A DNA stretch of 63,527 nucleotides, filler included, from Octopus bimaculoides (lineage: Eukaryota), in assembly GCF_001194135.2 (NCBI RefSeq). It is 4 parts of 4 records of this genome, joined end to end, with 100 filler letters (N's around TTAATTAATTAA, not from the genome) between each part and the next. Parts side by side here need not be neighbours in the genome. Positions count along the whole stretch, not along the records: positions 49,967 to 63,527 come from NC_068983.1; 3 more parts are not named here. One strand, 5' to 3'. Every line of letters begins with the position of its first letter. The first letter of the stretch is position 1. Position numbers and translations under genes: made by a program. Of the stretch, positions 52,900 through 63,527 are shown piece after piece. The notes under the pieces were generated by a model, which did not search any database, was not told where the DNA came from, and saw nothing but the letters and a program-made list of their open reading frames with translations.

Positions 52900-54765
52900 T
52901 ATATTTAACCAGAGCTATATAATAAGAGTATTCTCGATATTCTCAATACTCTAAACTCTCGTATTACCAGAGTCATGGAGTTGGTTCAATGGAATTACAG
53001 CACTCCAGTAATCTATTTCATCCAAGAGATTAAAACAGCGGGCATGTTCACCCAGTTTGATATCGTGTCTCAAACGAAATGCATCTCTCTGAAGGCTTTA
53101 GATATTAGTAGGCAAATCATCAATGTAATGGACATTGATATTAGAACGTTAGAATACATATATCAATCTTAATTCACGATAATCCTTACCGTGTGAAGAA
53201 GAAAGATGACTCGCTGTTTGATCTGTCTATGGGAGCTACGGCTGGACTGAGATCACTGAACTTTTCATGTTATTTATTGTGGAAATTCTAAGTGTACATA
53301 CCCATAACTTGGTCCATATAAACGGTCATGACATGGGAAATTTCAAAGAAAATCTAATATAGATGTTCAATGAATTCGGCATATATATAACTATCACCAC
53401 TAATTGCACGCATGCCGACTACCTGGGCGTAAGCCTACCATTACAGAAAGCCCCAAAAAAGAAACTGTCTGTATCTACATAAATTCCAACAACCTGCAAA
53501 ATAGTTCCAGGCTTATGTAGAAGAATCTCTAAACTATCAGCGGATTGTGATAACTTCAACAAGGCTGTCCCCGTTATAATGAGACTTTAGCGAAGAATAT
53601 TAGTATATGGATGACGATCCAACCCCCACCACTGCACTCTCAAAGTGAATCAACACGCGAGGGACATTTGGTGCAATCTTCAATTTAACGTGTATGTTTC
53701 AACCAGTATATCGAGGAGCTTCCTGACGTTGCTTACAAAAAATTCTGTAAACACATATGTCTTATAATCTTTTCAAACCCCTGAACATTATTTCTGCTTA
53801 GACAATATTGCTTCTAACATCGTAAATTGCAACATACGCAGACACACTGCTATACAGCTTGTACTTCACCACCCCAGCCAGCAATATCTGAAACCATACA
53901 AACTGCCCGTTCCGTTGGGATGATGCTACTTCTCAGAAGCTCTTGTCTAAAAGAGCTACCTTCAAATCGTACCATGTAGTTATGGCATACTACAAGAATA
54001 TGGCATGTAATGACGACAGCGATGGAAATAGACAGCCTATACACTTCTCTAGTTTCAGCCATAAGAAAAACTCCATCTTTGCTGTCGTGTTTTACGTCGA
54101 GAACGACATTCCGAATATAGAATGGGTGTACGATTGACAGGCCCCATCCCCTATCACATCTGGCCTCGGAATATCAAACTCTTCTGATTCGAGAGACTAC
54201 ACACAATACTACATCCTACACTATCCATCAACAGGAATTAAGAGTTATCGCATTATTTCCACCAAGGATATACCGTTAATGAATTTTAGGCGACTGGCAA
54301 CTAGCAATCCAGATATATAAACATAAACCTGACTGTTCTTTACACAATGGTAGGGTACTATAGACTGCAGTTCCATCCGTGCTGAATATCCAGCTGTACT
54401 TTTGTAACCTTGCACCACCATTTTAAAAAACTAGTACCATGAAATTTTGATCCAGTGCTACGACGTCTAGTTACTCCCAATCAATGTCAATTGCCATTAA
54501 GTCGCTATGAAAACGCACTCCAGCTTCAGCATAGTGACAAGTCCTACCTAGCAATATCCTGTCTGAGTACGTAGGTTCGACGAAAATTAAAAAAAGTAAC
54601 TGTCGTCACTTCCAGACCAATGAGACCACATGACTGATCTTGGTCAATGCAAGCTCAACGTCTAGAAGCTATGTTGAATTTGTCTCACTCACTCGATCTA
54701 CTCACTGTAAATGCTTAGGAAATCGAATGGAGCTGAGTCTAACTCGTAATAAATAATATACGTAG
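52900..54765 (+). mobile_element. Decayed Penelope-like element (RT, GIY-YIG, 3' terminus)
   Basis: FTQFDIVS..LKALDISRQ; LFDLSMG; ITITTNCTHADYLGVSL; RRISKLSADCDNFNKA; later CP..G..LLR..VYKELP, FSHKKNS and PNIEW GIY-YIG-region remnants; ends aataaataatatacg. Confidence 0.8.
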
Positions 54766-54882
54766 CCCGAAATGAATGTGTGGAATTTAACTTTTTCATA
54801 TCATACGCATATCTATGTGTGCATGTGGGTGGGTGTGTTTATAGACACATATAATCAGATGCACAAATTTATATACGCGTAC

Positions 54883-54917
<35 letters not shown>

Positions 54918-55872
54918 ATATATATATGTACGTATATATATATATATACATTTATATTTGCCTGTATGTATGTACAAATACATATATATATATATTTATC
55001 ACACGAACATACGCGTATATGCATATCTATATGCACAAACAAGTCATACACTTATTATCTCATATTATACAGCTGCAGCTATACACATAAAAAATATGAA
55101 CATATAGTAAGCTCAAAACTACACCTCAATATAATTTTAATATCATTGCTTACATTAAATTTTCTTATCAATTTTTAATAATTCATTTAAGAGATAATGA
55201 AATGCAATTAATCTAAAATTCCATATAAATTCGAAGTCATTTTGAACGGATAATTTTACACGCTATGTTGTCATATTAACTGTAATAAAATGGATGTAAA
55301 CTACCTTATTAATTAGTAAATTACCGGGGTATGACAACGCGTAGAATTCAAGAAAATAAAACATGTAAATAAATGGAAAATGAGAATACCAATTAATTAC
55401 ACTTTTTTAAAAAGAAAAAATTAGGATATCATTATTAGATAAAATTCTTATAGTTACAATGAGACGTGTGAATATTAAATCCCAACTCCCATCGAGACAA
55501 TATAGAACAACCAAAGCGAAACATTTCTTATGGCAATGAAAATCATTATTACGAGTATAAGAGAAGTCATGACGATAATGATAAAAACGATAGCAATATT
55601 TGAGGTAGTGAAGGTCACGATGATGGTGATGTTTATGCTGTGATGATGACAATGATGGTGATGACAAATATGTACCTAACGCAAATGGCTGTCACGAAGT
55701 TAATAATTTAAATGATAAAAATATAAAAAAATTGTGACTAGCTTAACTCTGGTCCTTTTCCGTTACTGATGCAGAGTAGCTAATGGATCTTTATTACTCA
55801 GAGCTTATTAGGAAATGCTATAATCAAGGAATTGTGTTTAAAAATAAAATGGTATCAAGCTCTCGCAGTAGT

Positions 55873-56200
55873 ATACGAGGGTGGGTTCAATTCAGTTAAA
55901 CATTAATAATTTTAAAAGTTCCTTACCGTGAATTCTCTTGAAAATGCAAAAAATTGGCATCGTGGTCTTATTAATCATCTGTAGAGAAAGTGGTTAGCCC
56001 ACAAGAACATTCATGCAGAGATGGATATTGTATAAGGCGATGGTACTCCAGCTTTATCAACAGTACAAAAATGAGCAGATAAATTTAGGGAAGGCAGTTA
56101 CCATGGAGATAGAATTCTTTCTTATGGTAAAAGGTGCAAAGTCACTGTATGTGCCGATTTTGCACCCTATCACATTCACAGATTCAGCGTTCCTAACTCT
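55873..56200 (+). mobile_element. Mariner 5' fragment
   Basis: ta-cgagggtgg end; decayed HTH start MQKIGIV...IHAEMDIV.GDGTPALSTVQK. Confidence 0.55.
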
Positions 56201-56468
56201 TTAACCGTTATAAGGTTATAACAGTTAAATAGCTATACATGTCATGTCTAGGAATCTTAGTGAGTGCATTACTGGGCAAATATTGTGTCGTTACACGTTT
56301 AAACATAACAAAGAATTGTTTCTCCCTTGTAACAGGTGTGAATTTCGCTTCAGAATTTGATATGTATCAAAAAAATATGTTAACTATCCTAAAGCTTACA
56401 CACACAGAGACACACACAGATACATAGACACACTCACACACACGTACACACACACAGACACACACACA

Positions 56469-56530
<62 letters not shown>

Positions 56531-56931
56531 GGGTGAAAATTCACAAAAAAGAACAAAAGACGAAGGAATGTGGTGTAGAAAGCAAACATATATATTAGTA
56601 TAACGCCCGGGAATTGAAAAAGTCTTTAACGTTTCGAGCCTATGCCCTTCGAAAGAAAGGAACACAGAAGTAAATTAGCAGCCACATATAGGTATCATTA
56701 TAATATAAGGGGATGTGCTTCTCAGTAAATTCCATACTTACTCTTTCCATCCTGTTAAAGTTAACTTTAAGTACCAGACGCGTCGTATAGGTTTGGTTCA
56801 AAAGTTAGGAAATGATTGGGAATCAGTTGTATTAAGTACTTACTTTGAAGCACCAAGTCAGTCCGGTATTATCCGCACAGCTCAAAGTAAGTTCAATAAA
56901 ATCAAACTAAGCAACAGGATATCAAGTAGTG

Positions 56932-57019
56932 ATGCAGTACAACTGTTTCAGGGGATTACATTTCATTGAACAATACAATCATTACATCAATTTAAATGAA
57001 GTGCCATCTTCAGCTGCAC
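56932..57019 (-). ncRNA. Type I hammerhead motif with long, imperfect stem II
   Basis: Minus strand GUGCAG-CUGAAGA-[57-nt stem II region]-GAAA-CAGUUG-UA-CUGCAU; 6-bp stem I, intact core, GUA triplet. Confidence 0.65.
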
Positions 57020-57940
57020 AAATAAATGAAGACAATTTTAACAAGTAGGATACACTAATATAAATTTTCTCAGATATTGTAACAGAGCAAGAATATGGAA
57101 GAAATTCATATCGTCGCTATTGTAGCTAAGAATGGAATACACTTCCAAGAATCGCATGAAACCTATTGGAGTTATAGTGTTGTAAGGGATTGCAATTCAT
57201 TTCTAATTCGTTTATATCTTTATTAAATATTAAATCTAAGATTAGAAGACTGTGTTAATTTTCAATAAAGGACAAGAGTGAGTTGACAGCTCATGGCTAC
57301 GTATGGTCATAAATATTATCATATCTAACTCTTTTCCTCGGGGAGGAAAGAAGACATTTGGAGTAATCAATTGGGTATAAGCAACTGTCTATAAAAAGAG
57401 GCTGGGTAAGGGGAGACTTTAAATCATGATGTTATTTACCAGTTAAAGAGGCAAGACTTTAAGAAATCTAAGATGTTAATACATATGATATTTTATTTAG
57501 GGGCACTATGGGTACTTGTTTATAAACAATATTGTTATGTCGTATAAAAATTAAATTTAAGAAAGCAAAAAATAAAATCAAAATAATAATGTTCAGTAGT
57601 TACTGACCACAGGAATTTCTGTCCAAGTAAGGTGTACATTATCTCCCTCTTTCTCTCATATACCCACTCTTTCTGTCACTCTTATTAATACTCCCATTGC
57701 CACCATCAACACTAATACTTTTAATAGAATATCTACAACTGTCCCTAAATTTCTTCGTCATTCTTTCTTTCCGTCTTTCTCTCACTCTCTCACTCTCTCT
57801 ATTTCTCCCTGTCTTCACAATCGCCCTCACCGTATCTATGCCTAGTATTTCTTTCACCCCAGCACAAAGAAGTGTCGTTGAATAGTGAGAAAGTGGGTCA
57901 AATTGTGACACACTGACACACAGAAATTTGTTTTCGCCTT

Positions 57941-57982
<42 letters not shown>

Positions 57983-58451
57983 GTGTCTGTCTGCGTGGAG
58001 TTTTCTGTTTGAGAGTGTATGTACCCGTGTTATTATGTGTAGGTAGATGCTTTTATAATGATTTAGATTAGTTATGGTTATTCACTTTGCCCTGTAACGA
58101 AAAGCACTTCAAATTACCGACACCGATACTCTCCTAGTACTTTGCGTGAGCCGTGGTGAAATTGATAGGTTGTTTCGTAATCGATAATATATACATTTGG
58201 GTATTTATTTAAACATAATGACGACTATCTTGCAGCTTCAAGCATTGCATTGCGTTGTAATTTCATGAATTTAAATGGATTTGAAACAAATGGGATTTGA
58301 CTGCGGCCAAATATAATTTTTTCATGCCTATTAGTTTTGTGATTGTACATTGATGGTATCGTTCTTTAGCTTCCGCTGAGACATGATCGTGTAGACTTCT
58401 CGTCCACTACATTATGCTAATTTTTTTTCAAACAAGTCTTCAAAGTCCGCA

Positions 58452-58650
58452 AGCTGGCAGAACCGTTAGCGCACCGGGCAAAATTTTTACTAGCGTTTCG
58501 TTCGTGTTTACATTCTGCGTTCAATTTCCGCCGAGGTCGGCTTTGCTCTTTATTCTTTCGAGGTCCTTAAAATCAATTGAGAACTAGGCTCGATATAATC
58601 AACTAGGACATTCATTCGAAATTACTGGCCTTGTGCCAACATTTTAAACC
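58452..58650 (+). mobile_element. tRNA-derived SINE, same family as 778-986
   Basis: agctggcagaaccgttagcgcaccgggcaaaa...ccgccgaggtcggctttgctct...ggccttgtgccaacattttaaacc. Confidence 0.85.
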
Positions 58651-60225
58651 AGTCTATTTTATCTTACAAGCTTTGTGCTTGCAACAAACCCCGTAGAGGT
58701 ACTGAATGTATTTGGTGTAATTATTGGTACTGAGACCAAGATATAAGTACATGCAATAATCCATTGTTTGACTCATTTACATAATGAAATATGGATTTCC
58801 ATGTTAATCCTTTCTGAAAAACAAGGTAATATTTATTAAGTTCGTAGCTATATTGTAATTTCATGTGGTTTGAAAATCATCAATTTACGTGTGAATATAA
58901 ATTATAAATTTACAGTTCACATTTATTTTGTACTTTCAGGAAAAATATTTAGAAAATACAACACATTGTTTGCGTTTGAAATTCTGAATTGAAACTGGTC
59001 AAATATATTTATCGAAGTATTGTGCGAGAGCCGGAGTGTCTGTGATTTTAATAGCAAAAATGTAGCAGTCCACTGACCATAACAAAATTTATTTCAACAA
59101 TGGAAATCTTCGTCTCTTAATATAATCTATTTTGAATTTTGATACTGATTTAATTATTCTATAACATTTTTATTATGTTATAAGTTTATAGGAAATTGTG
59201 TCAGAAGAAAAAATACAACAAAATATTTATTTGAGTAAAAAGAATATAATAAAGCTAAGCCAAAATTTTAACATAAAACAAAAATTCTGTTTTAATGAGT
59301 GGGTTATTAAATTTTTGTAACTCAACAAATTATACAAAAGAAATTTTCCAAGCCAAATGTAACTATTTAAGACGCATTCAGTGAAGAGTGAAAATATAAG
59401 ACCATTAATATTTCTTTGAAGAATTACCAAGAATTTTTTATAAATAGAGAAGCAGTAAAAATGAGCTATACAAGAATTATAACGCTAACACAAGCGTCAA
59501 TTAAATATTCTAATAGAAGAGATCAATATATTATGAATTACGAATCATAATAGGTACTAGTATGTGCCGCTGCATATCTAGTGAATTCGCCAATATACTT
59601 GAGAACCAGGTCATACAAAATTTCGTTAAACAACCTCGAACCGAAATCGTTCCTCAATTAGTATAAGTATTCATTTGTTTATCTATATGCTAGTAACATA
59701 TCAGTTTGGTGCACATGCCAGTATGCTTCATGCAGATTTTACAAGACATTAATATCTAGTTCCTGATGGACATTGATTCAAGTCCACCTAAAAACTTTTC
59801 CAGTACAGGTGTTTCATGGTTTTAGACGGTTCTTATTAGTATGCAAAAAATAGTTATCTGTTTACATAGAAAATCAAAAGATGTCAAATTATATGGGGAA
59901 AAAGTGTGGACGATATGAATAATTGAAACATAAATTGCCAAGATGTGCCTATATTCATATGTACACTTCTATATGTGATTACGTGTGACCATTCCTGAAT
60001 ATGGTGATGCTTATATGTGTACATATATATGTATGCAAACACACACAAACATATATATACATATATAATGTCTGTCTGTGAGTGTATACGTGTGAATATA
60101 TATCTCTGTAACTATGTGTGTATAAAAGAATATTCAGTATGCGTATATATATATAATTGAATTTAAAATTTTAATAAATTGAATTGAATTGAGTTTTTAC
60201 CTGTAAATTTGGATTTTTATCCCTA

Positions 60226-60227
60226 TA

Positions 60228-60307
<80 letters not shown>
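60226..60307. repeat. (ATT)n microsatellite
   Basis: Direct read. Confidence 0.95.
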
Positions 60308-60316
<9 letters not shown>

Positions 60317-60434
60317 GATAGATTGGTAGAGGTATATACATATATAAGCATGCATATATATATACACACACACAAACACACACATATGGATATATATGTT
60401 ATACACATATATAGGCATACATATATATGTATAT

Positions 60435-60466
<32 letters not shown>

Positions 60467-62477
60467 TTATATTGTGGTGGGGAGGACTCTGTGTGTACGT
60501 ACAAGCACCTGCGGTATGTTCCTATTTTTATATATTCTTTTGCACTTAAAATGTTATTTTGTTCAGAACTATTACTTTTCAAATATGCATAAAACATCTC
60601 TCGACACCTATCGTGTGTGAGCTATATACTTAAGTATATGCTTTCGTCAGGTTTCAAATCTCAATATGTTAACTGATTCAGAATAAGCACAATATCCCTT
60701 TTCGCAAGATCTTAATTTTCTTTTATCGTGTGTCCTCCATTTTGCCATGCAATGTTCTCTCTTCCATTTTATCTCGATCTTGGGTTATCCCTTTTATGGT
60801 TGTCCAATTTAAATCTCCCTTCGTTTCTTACTTGCTTTTTTTCTCTCTTCTATCCTTTCTCCCTATTATAATTTCTTTATTCTCTATTTTGTTTTTCTTT
60901 GACTTTTATCTCGTTCATTAGTCCCTCTTGATAATTCTCTACCACTAAATTTCTCTCCCAGAATATTTATGAAAAAACCTCAAAGTCTACTCAACTCTGC
61001 AGATTAATCCCATGTAGCATAATGTAATAGAGTTCACCTTGTCGCTTCATGGCGGTTAAGTATGCAATTCCAATAGAAACATCTAATTTTTAGTTTAAAA
61101 AATGTATATGTGTATGTATGTTTGTATAGACACACACAGATATATATGCGTATATATGTGTGTATGTATGTAAAGCCACATATATACACATGCACAAATG
61201 TCATGAATAAAAGCCAAATAATGCAAAATAACGCATATAAATTGAGCACAAAAACATTTTCCCAAATGAAAAATTCAAATGCGACAAGTATCTAAAATAT
61301 TCCACCCAAGAGCAACGTCCCTTGATTCATTGTCTTATTTAGCCGAATTCACGAAAGACCCCGTGAACGAAGCGAGAACGTTTTCCAAAATGGGGGCAAA
61401 TTCTTTTCTCCGTGTGATCGGCTTCAAAAATTGTTAAGACACTGCTTTTCTCGGCATTAAACCAATGGTAGCCTTAATTCAAAAATAAAGAAACTATATC
61501 TACTAATGCAGCATTGAGAACTCATATCCATCGTTCTATATTTACACACACACACACACACACACACACGCAGTGCGTGGTGAGGCGTAAAGCCGACATC
61601 TTGTAATAATTATGTATATAATTATAAAATATGTTGTAAAATGTACCTATGAGGCGTTTATTTCCGCACTGACTACCTGGTAAAATTATTATTGATAATA
61701 AAATTCATATTTGAAGAAATTTACTCCATGATCATTAACTGCATTTACTGCAGTCTAGATCTTAACACACAACAGATGGGTATAAACGTGACATATGAAT
61801 TATACTTGGCGGGATATTTTTGTGAGTGTGGATGGACTCTGGTCATCCGATGTCGCGGAAATACTAGAATATATTACAGTACATAAATGAGCATACATAC
61901 ACTTACTCACACACACACACATACAGACACAGGTACACAGAGAGACTCACACATATTTATACTTTTTAATGCATGAATTGCAACATGATGTAATTAGTAT
62001 ATAAGTACTTGATTACAGAAATGTTAGAATTTGAATCAATTTCACTTTATTATAAATATACTGATATTTAACAAATATTTTATTTCTAACTTGAATATGG
62101 ATACTTGGAAACTAGAATACAATATTCTAGAGAGGAGAAATAGATAAATTCAAACAAATCTTTTATGGTTGCTTGCTTTTAACGCTTAACAGATAAACGT
62201 GAAACCAATGAATAAACCGCTCTCCACGTATTCATGTATCTAAAATTTGAACTCTTAAATACTCAAGTGAATATCTAAATGTAGCATTCTCTAGAAGATG
62301 TTCTCGAGTTACGCAACACAAGTTATACGAATGGAAAATATTTGCTACGCTACATTTTGCACCGAAACCGATTTCTATTCTTAGTTTTAAATGCTGTACT
62401 GATTTACAGAGCGATGAGAATATGGCAACATCTAGATTGATCTCAGGTCATATACTTCACATTCACACGAACATGCA

Positions 62478-62518
<41 letters not shown>

Positions 62519-63527
62519 NNNNNNNNNNNNNNNNNNNNNNNNNNNNNNNNNNNNNNNNNNNNNNNNNNNNNNNNNNNNNNNNNNNNNNNNNNNNNNNNNN
62601 NNNNNNNNNNNNNNNNNNNNNNNNNNNNNNNNNNNNNNNNNNNNNNNNNNNNNNNNNNNNNNNNNNNNNNNNNNNNNNNNNNNNNNNNNNNNNNNNNNNN
62701 NNNNNNNNNNNNNNNNNNNNNNNNNNNNNNNNNNNNNNNNNNNNNNNNNNNNNNNNNNNNNNNNNNNNNNNNNNNNNNNNNNNNNNNNNNNNNNNNNTAT
62801 ATGTATGTATGCACATATATATATATATTTCATATGAATTGCCAAATATTACATATTAGTCAATTTCTTATCTCTTTTATACATTTATAGCCCGTGAATA
62901 GTTTTACGATATTCCATTTAGATATTAAGTAGATCGATGATATTTCTGTGGATGATTTGAGAGAAAATATACGAAATATACTTTAGTTATAAATACTGTA
63001 AAACCAGTTAATGTTACATTTCACTAAGTGCGTCCCATTATCTTGTTTTTGTATTCTCTTACTCTTACGTTCATGGGAATATTATTTCAGATATCAGTCC
63101 ATACACCGATGTGGGACAATACAATGTCAAAATTATAATACGTATACATATGTTCATACATTTACATATGCCTATATGTCTGTGATTTTGTGTGAGGGTG
63201 ATTTTAGATATTTATAATCGATCATATTCCACTCACTATCAGGAAAGTAATTCCGATTCAATGGTTCGGTTCTAAAGAATGTAAATCTTATTCTTCAAAA
63301 TACTTGGAGGTCATCGACACAAAAACAACTGAGAATATATCAATGACCCCGAGGCATTATGTTGCAGAATCTATGGATACACGTCAAACTAATATTTCAA
63401 AAGAAGAACAGAGAAGCATTTACTCTCCGATATCGCAGAAAAATAAATTTAGCTAACACATATAAAAAACAACGGGGACGCAAGTACTTAACATAAATGC
63501 ACTTACCAAGACACGCATATATATATA

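Noticed and set aside
58943-59000. Strong plus-strand acceptor (ttttgtactttcag) followed by short open frames; also an exon-like segment at 63091-63141
   Set aside because: No recognisable product or linked exons; indistinguishable from chance in AT-rich DNA.
60600-60655. Minus-strand CUGACGA followed by the hairpin agcatatac-ttaa-gtatatagct
   Set aside because: No GAAA and no stem I; at most a dead hammerhead relic.

Overview
AT-rich, microsatellite-rich and heavily gapped eukaryotic DNA. The SINE, RTE and Penelope families and the repeat style suggest a cephalopod (Octopus-like) draft assembly; this is an inference. I could not establish an intact host gene. The window is a mosaic of decayed mobile elements: tRNA-derived SINEs, RTE, CR1/L2, Dong/R4 and Tx1/L1 LINEs, Penelope-like elements, mariner/Tc1 remnants, MITEs and a probable Helitron 5' end. 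Most ORFs in the track are microsatellite or N-gap artefacts. Three observations stand out. (1) A 400-bp fold-back element at 4335-4734 can fold as one long rod capped by a type I hammerhead ribozyme, carries an antisense segment able to sequester the ribozyme stem, and is flanked by a 13-bp direct repeat. (2) Several other hammerhead motifs, intact or decayed, are scattered through the window. (3) A mariner at 25821-30767 has been hit three times near its 5' end by related ORF1-only (HAL1-like/Tx1-like) retroelements, two of them at the same 11-bp site. All coordinates and structures were derived by eye; nothing was computed or searched.
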